A stretch of 64,000 bases of DNA from Octopus sinensis (Eukaryota): contig NC_043020.1 in NCBI RefSeq assembly GCF_006345805.1, forward strand, positions 13,950,001 to 14,014,000, in the 5' to 3' direction. Shown here one piece after another: positions 36,671 through 50,217 of this stretch. Every line of letters starts with the position of its first letter. The first letter of the stretch is position 1. Under the pieces are notes generated by a model. The model had not been told where the DNA came from, did no database searches, and worked only from the letters and a program-made list of their open reading frames with translations. The translations under genes were made by a program, and so were the position numbers.

Positions 36671-37188
36671 GTCTTGATGCAGTACCAGGCAGTGGCTCTC
36701 ATGGAAGTGTTATCATGTACATTGTTTTGTCTTGGTATAAAAGATGGGCTACAGCAAATATTCTGCTCAATACCACAGATTTGCTTGTCTGTTGCTTGAT
36801 CTTGACCAGTTGAGCATGTCCATTAGTGGCTGACGATATGTGCATCTCTGATCATGAGCAGAAGTAGTGGAGGAGCCATGTGTCGAGAGGAATTCTTTGG
36901 GGTTTGAATAATTCACATCTGGAAACATGGGTTCATCATCCTTAAATAAACCTTATTCAGGGACCTTTTGAGTGGGATGGGCTACTCAACCTGAAGAAAA
37001 TTCAAACTGGGCCCCACCTGCAAGGTCATGTGCTGTTTATCTTGATATGAGATCACCATGTCGCGCACATATGGTTGTGATGCATGTGCCTGGTGTACCT
37101 TTATCAGACGGGTAGTCATGATGGGTATATTGGGCTTCGTATATTTTACCCCAGTGTCACTTTGATGGCATGAACTGCTCTCTCACTC

Positions 37189-37190
<2 letters not shown>
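36671..37190 (+). mobile_element. Non-coding repeat family D, bounded by (TAA)n
   Basis: Near-identical inverted copy at 61864-62413; fragments near 14050-14400 and 40930-41110. Confidence 0.75.
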
Positions 37191-37214
<24 letters not shown>

Positions 37215-37219
<5 letters not shown>

Positions 37220-38375
37220 TGGCAGAGGATTAATTAACATAGACCATTGTATAATGAGTGAAAGGAAAATGCTTGCCAAGTATTTGATAAATAGTGATGA
37301 AGTCTGCTGCAATATGCCACAAAAGACATGGGTGTAGATGCAGATGAAATGATGGGCAAGGCAAAGTATAACCAAAGAACTGAGAAGAGAAAAGAAGACC
37401 TTTTTGAAATGAGAATGAATGGGCAGTTTGAAATACACAAGACGTTAAGGATAATACAGCATTGTGGGTATGGTTTAAGCAAGGTGATTTGAAGCATACC
37501 ACTGAATCATCATCATCATTGTTCGACCGTGGTCGAGACAATGGAATTTACTATGCTACGCCAGACTTCACGGTCCATCATAGCATTACGGAGGTCCTGT
37601 TGCTGGATGCCTGTATCCCTGGAGATTACATCAGGGTAGGAGAGTGAAAGCTGCACAAGACTAGGCTCTCACTACCAATTCAATGAAGTATAGCATCAAT
37701 AAAACTTCTGACACCCAGAAATGCAGACTCTGTCGAAAGAGTATGGAAAATGTGACCCACTTGGTAAGTGGATGTGAGAGCCTTGCACAGAAAGAATACA
37801 AGCGCCGCCACGATAAAGTGTGTGTGTATCTTCACTGTCTCTTATGCTGTAAATGCCAATATGAAGTAACAGAGAACTGGTATGAGCATGTACTGAGTAA
37901 AGTTATGCAGGGGGATGGAAAAGTAATGATACTCTGGGACTATGATTTTCAGACGGGTCGTGTAATCAAACACCGTCAGCCGGATATTGTCATATTGAAT
38001 AAGAGAGACAGATACAGTCAGATCGTTGATATAGCCATACCAAATGACATGAATGTTGTGAGTAAAGAGGTTGAAAATATCACCAAGTACTCCAAATTGA
38101 AAGTGGAGATGGCAAAACTGTATGGAATGTGAGAGGGTAATGTAAAAGTGATACCAGTGGTGATTGAAGCAGTGGGGCCAATCCCATTGAAACTTCAAGA
38201 CTTCTTAAGGCAACTGGAAATCCCATGCAAGATTAATGTCTTGCAAAAAGCAGCTTTATTGGACGCAGTGCACATCTTAAGGGAAGTATTATCAGTCTGA
38301 GGTCCTTGTTGTAACTTAATAGATGACTAAAGACTCAGGTGAATTTTTACCTACACTATGTTACGAAGGAAAAAT
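37215..38375 (+). mobile_element. R4/Dong-clade non-LTR retrotransposon 3' part (CCHC knuckle and restriction-like endonuclease), decayed
   Basis: KCRLC..SMENVTHLVSGC...EYKRRHD..V and RQPDIVI...IVDIAIP...KY motifs. (TAA)n on both sides; interrupted by an RTE 3' end at about 37505-37670 on minus. Confidence 0.85.
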
Positions 38376-39504
38376 AATAATAATAATAATGATAATAATA
38401 ATTCTGTTCTTTATAGTCTCATGTGATAATTATCAATATTTACAGAATTGTTAGAAAAATAATTGATTTCAGTTAATGAAGTTTTAATAAACTTGTACTT
38501 CTACTGCAAACCCCTGACCAACCAATGCCTTATGAGTGTATTCGGTACATGGAAACTGTGTGGAAGCCTTTTGTATGTGTGTGTGTGTTTGCTACCCACC
38601 ACTGCTTGACAACCTATTTCTTTACTAACCACAAGGGGCTACACACAGAGAGGACAAACAAATACAGACAAACGGATTAAGTCGATTATATTGACCCCAG
38701 TGCATAACTGGTACTTAATTTATCGACCCCGAAAGGATGAAAGGCAAAGTCAACCGCGGCGGAATTTGAACTCAGAACGTAACGGCAGACGAAATACTGC
38801 TAAGCATTTTGCCCGGCGTGATAACGTTTCTGCCAGCTCGCTGCTTGACAACCAGTGTTGGTTTGTTTACATCCATATAAAATAGCAATTCAACAAAAGA
38901 AATAGATAATATAAGTACCAGACTTAAAAAAAAAAAAAAAAAAATCTGGGGTCAATGTCTTTGACTAAAATTCTTCAAGGTGGTGCTCCAGCATGGGCAC
39001 AGCTTAATAACTGATGCAAATCAAAGATAAAAGATATATCTCAACAAACACAGGATGCGTGCAGCTGGAATGTCACTCACCCTTCAGTCAGTATTTTTCT
39101 CACCCCGTCATCCACCCACAGCCATATCAAGACTATATTGGCTGTGGGTAGAGGTGGGCATGGGTGGCCTGTTATCTCAGAACAACAAACACAATATTTC
39201 ATAACAGAAGATAAAAAAAAAAAAAAATTTCTTATTATGATCCATGAGTGAGATTATTAACTTGTTAGCATTCATATTATTCTGTCAGAATTTATGCTTT
39301 TTTTTATTCACGTTGCTTTAAATTAACCATGCCTTATCTTGTAGCAACGAGATTTTGATGAGGTAGCTGTTAATTTTTAGAACAATATCATGGAATTGGT
39401 GTGAGAGGCCAGATCTGGCCAGCTTGAACCTAAAACATGTAAAATATTTTGGCTGGATATGGCCACTTTAATTGCCAAAAGGTTAATAATTATGATCAAT
39501 TTAT

Positions 39505-40045
39505 ACATCATCATCATCATCATCGTTTAGCGTCTGCTTTCCATGCTAGCATGGGTTGGACGGTTCAACTGGGGTCTGGGAAGCCAGAAGGCTGCACCAG
39601 GCTCCAATCTGATCTGGCAGTGTTTCTACAGCTGGATGCCCTTCCTAACGCCAACCACTCCATGAGTGTAGTGGGTGCTTTTTACGAGCCACTGGCACAG
39701 GTGCCAGACGAGTCTGGCAAACGGCCACAATCGGATGGTGCTTTTTATGTGCCATTGGCACAAGGGCCAGGCAAGGCTGGCAACGGCCATGATCGGATGG
39801 TGCTTTTTACGTGCCACCGGCACGAGGCCAGTTGGGGCGGCGCTACAGGTGCCAGACGAGTCTGGCAAACGGCCACGATCGGATGGTGCTTTTTATGTGC
39901 CACCGGCACAAGGGCCAGGCGAGGCTGGCAACGGCCATGAACGGATGGTGCTTTTTACGTGCCACCGGCACGAGGCCAGTCGGGGCGGCGCTGGCAACGG
40001 CCACGTTCGGATGGTTCTCTTACGTGCCACCGGCACTGGTATCTC
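39505..40045 (-). mobile_element. Repeat family C (RTE 3' UTR or RTE-tailed SINE) with internal GC-rich tandem units
   Basis: (GAT)n tail and CTGGATGCCCTTCCTAACGCCAACCACT core. Other copies at 14690-14897, 51120-51612, 52865-53175, 53530-53852, 54760-55188, 58021-58432 and 63425-63690. Confidence 0.8.
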
Positions 40046-41504
40046 AGCTGCAATTTCCATTGATCGATTTCAATTCTGATTCGATGTTATAAATTCTTCA
40101 GCATTTAAATCAGCCATTTGACGGAGTAATCTGAACGCTAGATAGTTAATCCTCATTTCATCATTTCTTAACCCTTTATTCTTATAGACTCTTTAGCATT
40201 TAAACCGACCATGTCTGGCCTAAATAATCTATCTGTCCCATGTTCAAACATGCTAGTTCTAGCCTCTTACACCTACCCTTCAATGTCGTTCTAAAAATAA
40301 ACAATCACATCATCGAAATCTCAGAGCTATGAGATAATGCATGATTAATTCAAAACAATATGGATAAATAAGCATTGCATTTGACAGAGGGTTAATCCTC
40401 ATTTCATTATCTTTTTAACTTCCACTTTTCCATGCTGGCATGGTTCGGAGGTAGATTTTTTTTGTATAGCTGGATGACTTTCCTGTCACCAACCCCTAAC
40501 AGTTTCTGAGTAAGGTAATATTTTCCCCCTGGTCAGATATGTTGTTGCAGATTATTGTAAACAAATGACATTCATTTACAACAATCACATAATGTGATGC
40601 CAAGACAAGAAACACACACACACACGATGGGCTTCTTTTAGTTTCTTATTTCTTTATTGCCCACAAGGGGACAAACAAGGACAGACAAACGGATTAAGCT
40701 GATTATATCGACCCCAGTGCATAACTGGTGCTTAATTTATTGACCTCGAAAGGATGAAAGGCGAAGTCGACCTCGGCGTAATTTGAACTCAGACCGTAGC
40801 GACAGGCAAAATCCCACTAAGCATTTCACCCGGCGTACTAACATTTCTTATTTCTTTATTGTCCACAAGGGGCTAAACATAGAGGGGACAAACAAGGACA
40901 GACAAAGGGATTAAGTCAATTACATACGAAACCCAGTATACCTATCATGACTACCCATCTAAGGGTACACCAGGCACATGCATCACAACCATATGTGTAC
41001 AACATGGTGATCTTATATCAAAATAAACAACACATGACCTTGAAGGAGGGGCCCAGTTAGAATTTTCTTCAGGTTGAGTAGCCCATCCTGCTTAAAAGGT
41101 CCCTGAATAAGGTACTTATTTAATCGACCCCAAAAAGATGAAAGGCAAATTCAACCTCGATGGAATTTGAAGTCAGAACATAGTGGCAGACAAAATACCT
41201 ATTTCTTTACTACCCACAAGGGGCTAAACACAGAGGGGGCAAACAAGGACAGACAAACGGATTAAGTCGATTATATCGACCCCAGTGCGTAACTTGGTAC
41301 TTAATTTATCGACCCCGAAAGGATGAAAGGCAAAGTCGACCTCGGCGGTATTTGAACTCACAACGTAATGCAGACGAAATACCACTAAGCATTTCGCCCG
41401 GCGTGCTAACGTTTCTGCCAGCTCACTGCCTTCCTTTGAGTTTCTGTTTACCAAATCTACTCACAAGGCTTTGTCTATCCTGGGGCTGCAGTAGAAGACA
41501 CTTT

Positions 41505-42050
41505 TGTTAGCCGCTCTCCAGCCATCTATTTAAAACTATATACAGCTATGGTACGACCACACTTGGAATTCGCATCATCAGTTTGGAACCTCTATCTTGC
41601 TCAGAACAATGACCTCCTGGAATCTGTCCAGAGACGTGCAACCAAACGCATACCCTCCATCAGACACCTACCATATTCTGAGCGCCTTGTTTCCCTGGGC
41701 ATGGATTCACTGAAGCTCCGGCGTCTGGCGACGGACTTGGTAAACACCCACAAAGTTGTCAACCACCTCACCAATAACAACACTGAACACCTTTTTGATC
41801 TCCATGTGTCTAACACACGTGGACATGCCTACAAAGTCAGAAAACAACACAGCTCTCATGACTTTCGGAAACATTTTTTCACGCTCAGAGTTGCTGAAGC
41901 ATGGAATAAACTGCTTGCGTCAGTTGTTGACTGCCATGACACTGCATCCTTTAAGGCCCTCATGCTTTCCGAAATCCGCTGAAACTACACCTGATTATAT
42001 ATACACTTTAGATGAGTTGTAGTGCACCTGAGCACTGTACACAATGGAAG
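41505..42050 (+). mobile_element. CR1-group LINE ORF2 3' end
   Basis: YTAMVRPHLEFASSVWN...LESVQRRATK...RGH..K.RK....FFT.RV...WNKL motifs in an uninterrupted 144-aa frame. Confidence 0.9.
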
Positions 42051-43204
42051 CACTCCATCGGTTACGACGACGAGGGTTCCAGTTGATCCGAATCAACGGA
42101 ACAGCCTGCTCGTGAAATTAACGTGTAAGTGGCTGAGCACTCCACAGACACGTGTACTCTTAACGTAGTTCTCAGGAAGATTCAGCGTGACACAGAGAGT
42201 GACAAGGCCGGCCCTTTGAAATACAGGTACAACAGAAGCAGGAAGTAAGAGTGAGAGAAAGTTGTGGTGAAAGAGTACAGCAGGGATCACCACCATCCCC
42301 ATTTAAACAGATTAAGAACAAAACAAATCAAAGCAAGAATATGTTTCTTGCTTCTTAAACAAACAAGTAGGTTTTCAATCTTATCTTCTTACTATTCCCA
42401 TCATGAAAAAAAAAAAAAAGATTACTGTCAGGAAAACAAAACAGGAAAACAAAAACCTTTCTCTGCAGATAGCAACAGCAACAACAACATAAGTAACAAT
42501 GACCTAATAACAAACAAGATAAAGAATGGAAAACTATTACTTGTTTATTACTCTTTTACTCTTTTACTCGTTTCAGTCATTTGACTGCGGCCATGCTGGA
42601 GCACCGCCTTTAATCGAGCAACTCGACCCCGGGACTTATTTTTTTTATAAGCCCAGTACTTATTCTATCGGTCTCTTTTGCCGAACCGCTAAGTAACGGG
42701 GACATAAACACACCAGTATCGGTTGTCAAGCAATGCTAGGGGGACAAACACAAACACACAGACGCATTATATATATATACATATATACGACGGGCTTCTT
42801 TCAGTTTCCGTCTACCAAATTCACTCACAAGGCTTTGGTCGGCCCAAGGCTATAGTAGAAGACACTTGCCCAAGGTGTCACGCAGTGGGACTGAACCCGG
42901 AACCGTGTGGTTGGTAAACAAGCTACTTACCACACAAATCTTTTTCAATGAAATGCTAAAATAAAATAAGGCTTTATTATCATTTTGTTGCTGTTGTTGT
43001 TGTTAAGTCTAGAGTGGCTCTTGATTTGAACAAACCAATGAACAAAGACATTCCAGTTGTGACCACCCACATTTATGAATATTCTCATTTCTCATTTCCA
43101 AACTATTTACTTCCACAAACAAAACTAAAGAGTTTTTTCAGTGAAAAGGCGAAAAGTATTACGTTTCAATTTATTTATTGAAATTAGCTTCCGTACCAAC
43201 ATGG

Positions 43205-43654
43205 AAGATGTAGGTTTAAATGTGATGATGACGAGGATTATGATGACAATGACGGTAATGATGATGTCAATGATGACGATGATGATGAAAGGTGATGCTG
43301 ATGACTTGTGATGATGATGACGAGAAGGAAGCTGTTAATGATGATGATGATGAGAAGGTGGAGGAAGAGGAGGAGGGTGAGGATGATGATGATGAGGAGG
43401 AGGAGGAAGAGGGTGAGGATGATGAGGATGATGATGAGGAAGAGGATGATGAGGAGGAGGAGGAGGAAAAGGATGAGGATGATGATGAGGAAGAGGATGA
43501 TGATGAGGAGGAGGAGGAAAAGGATGAGGAGGAGGAGGGTGAGGATGATGAGAATGATGATGAGGAAGAGGATGATGATGAGGAGGAAGAGGATGATGAT
43601 GAGGAGGAAGAGGAGGATGGTGATGATGATGATGAGGAGGAGGAAGCCTTTTAA
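43205..43654. repeat. Purine-rich cryptic (GAT)/(GAG) trinucleotide tract
   Basis: Translates as poly-Asp/Glu in one frame; no splice context seen. Confidence 0.9.
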
Positions 43655-44353
43655 GAAAACATCTCGAATGTTTTTAAACAATAATTAACCAATTCCGTTA
43701 TACAATAACAACAACAACAACAGAGGCAGCAGAAAGCGTTCATATATTGAACATGTTATTACTGATAATCAATATGGATTTCTAAAATAGGTTCACCAAC
43801 TTCAAATGTACTGACCCCACTATTTGATTGGTATGTTACCGATACTTAGCTGGTATGTTATTCTATCAACCTCCAGAAAGATTAAAAAAACTCAAGCTGA
43901 TTCTCGTAGGATTTGAACTCTGGATGTCAGTAACCATAACTAAAAACTGGTGATAGCAATAATAATGATCCTTTCTATTATAGGCACAAGGCCAGAAATT
44001 TTAGGGGAGGGGACTAGTCAATTACCTTGAATCCAGTGTTTCACTAGGACTTAATTTATAGACCCTGAAAGAATGAAAAGCAAAGTCGACCTCGGTGGAA
44101 TTTGAACTCAGAACGTAGTGATGCACGAAATGCTGCTAAGCATTCTGCCAGCTCACCGCAAGGAGGAGGAGGAGGAGGAAGAAGCAGAAGGAGGAGGAGG
44201 AGGAGAAGAAGAAAGGGAGGAAGAAGAAGAAGAGAAAGAAGAAGAAGAAGTGAAAGAAGAAGAGGAATAATAATAATAGTAATAATAATAATAATAGTAA
44301 TAATAATAGTAATAATAATAATAATAGTAATAGTAATAATAGTAATAATAATA

Positions 44354-44384
<31 letters not shown>

Positions 44385-44772
44385 TATAGTAATAATAATA
44401 ATAATAATAATAATAGTAATAATGATAATAATAGTAATAATAATAATAATAATAATGAGTCAATATGGAAAAAAAATCATTTGTGAAGAAAACGTCCAGA
44501 TTTTGTTATATACATTGTAGTGGGGATGGGAACAAAACAGACACACACACACATACAGTGAGACACACACCTGTACACACTCAGACAGAGACAAGGTTAA
44601 ATTGTCGATAAGGGAAAGTGCCATCTGGCCAGAGTCATTCTGGATAGCAACACCGACAACAACAACAACACAAAGTGTTTTGTAAACAAACAATAACGAA
44701 ATGAAACATAAGAAAAACAGGTGGAAGGTTTCATAAGTCACACGCAATGAACTGTTGATATTATTGACAATT

Positions 44773-45182
44773 AGGCGCAGGAGTGGCTGTGTGGTAAGTA
44801 GCTTGTTTACCAACCACATGGTTCCGGGTTCAGTCCCACTGCGTGGAACCTTGGGCAAGTGTCTTCTGCTATAGCCTCGGGCCGACCAATGCCTTGTGAG
44901 TGGATTTGGTAGACAGAAACTGAAAGAAGCCTGTCGTATATGTGTATATATATATATATATGTATGTATGTTTGTGTGTGTGTGTTTGTCCCCCTAGCAT
45001 TGCTTGACAACCGATGCTGATGTGTTTACGTCCCCGTCACTTAGCGGTTCGGCAAAAGAGACCGATAGAATAAGTACTGGGCTTACAAAGAATAAGTCCC
45101 GGGGTCGATTTGCTCGACTAAAGGCGGTGCTCCAGCATGGCCGCAGTCAAATGACTGAAACAAGTAAAAGAGTAAAAGAGTA
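44773..45182 (+). mobile_element. tRNA-derived SINE family A, near full length
   Basis: GGAGTGGCTGTGTGGTAAG head, GGTTCAGTCCC B box, internal (TA)/(TG) tract, (GAGTAAAA)n tail. Over 15 copies, e.g. 16300-16690, 21400-21853, 30910-31305, 32425-32843, 42548-42935, 48220-48590 and 49805-50212. Confidence 0.9.
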
Positions 45183-46040
45183 ATTAACATCATGACAATT
45201 AAATACACAATTAAATACCAAGACATTGGTATTTAACATACTACATAAGGTGGGGCCACTTAACTTCTTTGTGCATATGTACTTGAGGTTTAACGTACCA
45301 GATAGGAGGGGAGAGGTACTAACATACCGACCTACACTTACAATACTAGAAAGTTGAACATAAATTGTGGACTTAACCCTTTAGCATTCAGATTACTCTG
45401 TCAAATGTAAAGCCTGTTTACTCACATTGTTTTAAATTAATTGTACAGCATCTTGTAACTCTGGGATTTTGATGATGTCCCTGTTTATTTTTAGAATGAC
45501 ATTGTAGGGTAGGTGTGAGAGGTCAGAGTTGGCTGGTTTGAGCATAAAACAGGAAGACAATTTTGGCCTGATATGGCCGGTTTAAACACTAATGTTTATT
45601 CAGATGCATTTTGTGATGTAGGGCACGAAAATACCTTAAGCTAAGCCTGAAAGCAATGAAGTCATAAGTAAGCAACATTTATTAAACGTTATTACTGTTA
45701 TTTCTTTATTTTCTGCAAACAAAATGCACAAAAAAGCTACATGTTTGCATTATGTTATATATACAATAATAATAAAGGATGTTACTGTATACAGTTTTAC
45801 AAACCAAGGACGTTATATAGACCTTCTTGACTCAAGTTAGAGAAGGGGTGCGTATTATACACAAGGTTTAGGTTTTTCAGAGGTACAGCCCCCTAAAAAT
45901 CCCCTGCATATTATACTCAAGGGTGGACTACACTCAAGGATTTACGGTAAGCATTAATTTTTGATAGAGTAATCTGAATGCTAAAGGGTTAAGTACACCT
46001 GATACTTGATCAAATATGTTATATCATCAGTGACAACGTA

Positions 46041-46268
46041 TTGGTTTGTCCAGAAAGTTTGTGCCGGTTTTTAAAGGAAAGAAAAAGGTCAATAAAAACT
46101 TGCCATTACATTTTTAATCAACCAAATACGAACCATTTTATTACACAACGCCTCTCCATCTTTCCTTTAACTTGAAAATACCCTCTTCCAAGAATTGAGG
46201 TGGTTTCATGGCAAAGAATTCATCAAGGTATCTTTTTACGTCATCCAAGGAATTGAAATTTTTACCAT
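46041..46268 (-). mobile_element. mariner 3' fragment with one TIR
   Basis: Minus strand gives NFNSLDDVKRYLDEFFAMKPPQFLEEGIFKLKERWR, the mariner transposase C-terminus; TA|TTGGTTTGTCCAGAAAG terminus. Confidence 0.75.
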
Positions 46269-46969
46269 TAAGACTATCTGACTCATACACTGTTCACTTC
46301 CCAGACATTTGTACATTAAGCCACATGCTTTATATGCACTTTTGACAAGTTGTGGTGCACCTGAGCACTGTATACAATAATTTCATTATATATAAAACAC
46401 TCAGTAGATAAGCATACTGCCCAACGACATGGTCCTGAGTTCAATCTCACTGCGTGGTATCTTGGGCAAGTGCTTTCTACTATAGCCTCGGGTCAACCAA
46501 AGCCTTGTGAGTGGATTTGGCAGAAGGAAACTGAAAGAAGCCCATCATCATCATCACTTAACATCCGTTGTCCATGCTGGCATGGGTTGGATGGTTTGAC
46601 CAGAGCTGGCAAGCTGCACTAGACTCCAGTCTGATTTGGCATGGCGTCTATGGCTGGATGCCCTTCCTAATGCCAACCACTTTCAACTAGTCCCCTCTCT
46701 GCAAATTTCAGGCCTTGTACTTTTAGAATCATTAACATGCTGGACTAAATTCTAAGCGGCATCCCATCCATCTTTACGTTCTGAGTTCAAATTCCACCGA
46801 AGTTGATGTTGCCTTTCATCCTTTTGGGGTTGATAACATTAGTACCAGTTAAGTACTGAGTACCAGTTAAGTACTGTACCAGTTAGTACCAGTTAAGTAT
46901 TGAAGTACACCCTCCCCCAAAACTGCTGGCCTTGCGCCAAAATTTGAAATCATTATCATTATTATTATT

Positions 46970-47260
46970 AAGGTAGTGTAAATATGGTGGAATTCACCTG
47001 CCATTTTATTTATTCCTCCAGGCTGAGATGTCAACAGTTCACAAATATATATCTCCTCATAGGTTTTGAGGACTGAAAGTGCAGTGAAGTAAGGATATTT
47101 TTTGAGAATGTGCACACTCAAGTCTTTCTCAAATTTACACCCGTTTGATGGTAAATGCTCCGCAAGTCCCTTGGAACCACTGCTTTTGTGCCTGATTTTG
47201 TACCTGTGTCTGTTAAATCTTTTTTGCAATCTTTCTGTTGTGCAGCTAACATAAATCATA
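46970..47260 (-). mobile_element. Penelope-like element GIY-YIG endonuclease fragment
   Basis: IYVSCTTERLQKRFNRHR...LAEH...LSVHIL...YEEIYICELLTSQPGGIN matches the PLE GIY-YIG C-terminal pattern. Confidence 0.75.
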
Positions 47261-49673
47261 TACTGTATACACCAAATGAGAATCCTTACATGTCCCTCCT
47301 TTTGTGCAAATCATAACATTTCTGTTATAATTCTTGATGGAATTGGTCTAAGGTAGCGAGCTAGCAGAATTGTTACCACAGTGGCGAAAAAGGCGGAGAG
47401 CTGGCAGAAACGCTAGCATGCCAGGCAAAATGCTTAGCGGCATTTTGCCTGCCGCTACATTCTGAGTTCAAATTCCACTGAGGTCGACTTTGCCATTCAT
47501 CCTTTCGGGGTCAATTAAATAAGTACTAGTTACGCACTGGGGTAGATGCAATCGACTTAATCCGTTTGTCTGCCCTTGTTTGTCCCCTCTGTGTGTAGCC
47601 CCTTGTGGGCAGTAAAGAAATAAGAATTGTTACCACACTGGGAAAATAGCTTAGCAACATTTTTTCTGACTTTACATTCTGAGTTCAAATGTCACTAGGG
47701 TTGACTTTGCCTTTTATCCTTTCGGGGTCAATAAAATAAGTATCAATTGAGCACTGGGGTCAATGTAATCAACTAGCCCCCACTCCCTGAAAATTTCAGG
47801 CCTTGTGCCTATAGTAGAAAGGATTATTATTATAATTATCATCCTGCATGTGTAAGCGAAAGTAGGGTATTGCAATCACTTGTCTTTGTCTGTGTGTTTG
47901 CAAAATTACTGGAAAACGACCAAATAGATTTTCACCAAATTTGGCAGCAATACTCATTGGGTGAGTGGCTTGAAATGATGAAAATTTGGTTTGATTATCT
48001 TCAAACGTACATAAATACATACCTATATAGGTGACTCTGTGTGTGTGAATGTGTGTGTACAGTAAAAGATTTGAGGGTTTCATTTATTTTGAGTTGATTT
48101 CTTAATTTCACTGGAGTATGAATACCTATAATGATGATACTTACAAAAAAAAGAAAATTGCCATTTTTTCATCATTGTTGTTGTTGTTGTTATGGGTATT
48201 ATTATTATTATTATTATTATTATTGAGTGGCTGTGTGGTAAGTAGCTTGCTTACAAACCACATGGTTCTGGGTTCAGTCCCACTGCGTGGCAGTTTGGGC
48301 AAGTGTCTTCTACTATAGCCTTGGCCGACCAAAGCCTTGTGAGTGGATTTGATAGACAAAAACTGAAAGAAGCCCGTCGTATATATGTATGTGTGTGTAT
48401 ATATTTGTCGCCCCAACATCGCTTGACAACTGATGGTGTGTTTTTACATCCCCATAACTTAGCGGTTCGGCAAAAGAGACCAATAGAATAAGTACTAGGC
48501 TTACAAAGAATAAGTCCTGGGGAGACTTGCTTGACTAAAAGGTGGAGCACGGCCACAGTCAAATGACTGAAACAAGTAAAATAGTAAAAGAGAAAGATAG
48601 TAATAGCGGCAAGGTGACAGAATCATTAGTGCACCAGGAAAAATGCTTAGTGGCATTTCTTCCAACTTTATATTCTGAATTCAAATGTCGCCAGGGTCGA
48701 CTTTGCTTTTTATCTTTTCAGAGTCAATAAAATAAGTACCAGTTGAATACTGGGGTCAATGTCATTGATTTAACCCCTCCCTTAAATGACTAGCCCTGAG
48801 TCAAAATTTGAAAATATTATTATTGTCGGCGCTATTGTTTTTGTTGTTGTTTGTTGTTTTCGTAAGAGATAAAAATCAAAGACAATCCTCTCTGTAAAGA
48901 TATCAAAAAATAGAAAACTAAAAAGTCTATGAATGCCAGTGTCAATGGCAGATCTTATCTACGGATTTTGAAATATTAAACAAATGACTAACAACAAATA
49001 CGTTTTGTAGATAAACTTGAGATGTCTGTCCCTCTTCTATTAAAGTAGACTGAAGCATTTAAACTCCTGCAGTATGATATGAACTTATAATTTATCAACA
49101 CACAATAACTTGGGTTTCAGCCATAATTAGCATCGGGCTAATGATGATGATGATGACAACAATGATTCCTGAGAGAATTAGGTATTTAAATGATATGCTC
49201 CATGTAGGGTTGGATTAACCTGTAGTCACCACCTATAGGTTAATTACGTATCCAGTAGAATGTTCAGATTTTCCATGCTCAGCTTTGGCTAGCTTCAGGC
49301 ATGTTCACCCTGGTTGCACCAGTCTCCAATCTTGATTTGGCAGAGTTTCTACAGCTGGGTGCTTTTTATGTGCCACCGGCACGAGGGCCAGTCAGACGGT
49401 ACTGGCAACGACCTCGCTCGAATCCTTTTACACATGCCACCAGCACAGGTGCCACTAAGGCGACTTTGGTAACGATCACGCTCGAATGGTGCCCTTTTAC
49501 CTGCCACTGGCATGGAAGCCAGTTGTCTGCTCTGGCAACGATCACGCTGGGATGGTGCTCTTGGCACCCTACTAGTGCCAGTAAGGCGATGCTGGTAACG
49601 ATCACACTCGAATGGTGCCCTTTAAATGCCACTGTGTTCTTGGGATATTCTCCAATTGTTTTGAAATTATACG

Positions 49674-49758
49674 TTTCATCTGATGATTACAGTTTTTTGC
49701 AATGATGTAATATACTCATTCTTCTATTAAAAATGCATACGAAACAGCTGTAATTAAC
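49674..49758 (+). ncRNA. Partly decayed hammerhead motif
   Basis: TTTCAT-CTGATGA ... GAAAC-AGCT-GTA-ATTAAC. Palindromic ACAGCTGT; stem II is poorly paired. Confidence 0.5.
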
Positions 49759-50217
49759 TGACCTTTACCTTCATCTGCTAGTACTCATTTGTATATGTAT
49801 ATTATTCTTTTATTTGTTTCAGTCATTTGACTGTGGCCATGCTGGAGCACCGCCTTTAGTCGAGCAAATCGATCACAGGACTTATTCTTTGTAACCCTAG
49901 TACTTATTCTATGAGTCGCTTTTGCCAAACCACTAAATTACAGAGACGTAAACAGACCAGCATTGGTTGTCAAGCAATGCTTGGAGGACAAACACAGACA
50001 CACAAACATACATGCACACACACACACACATATATATATACATATATACGACGGGTTTCTTTCAGTCTCCATCTACCAAATCCACTCACAAGGCTTTGGT
50101 CGGCTTGAGGCTATAGTAGAAGACACTTGCCCAAGGTGCCACGCAGTGGGACTGAACCCGGACCCATGTGGTTGGTAAACAAGCTACTTACCACACAGCC
50201 ACTCCTGCGCCTATATA

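Noticed and set aside
44056-44463. Poly-Y/I/L and poly-R ORFs
   Set aside because: Translations of (TAA)n and (GAA/GGA)n tracts.
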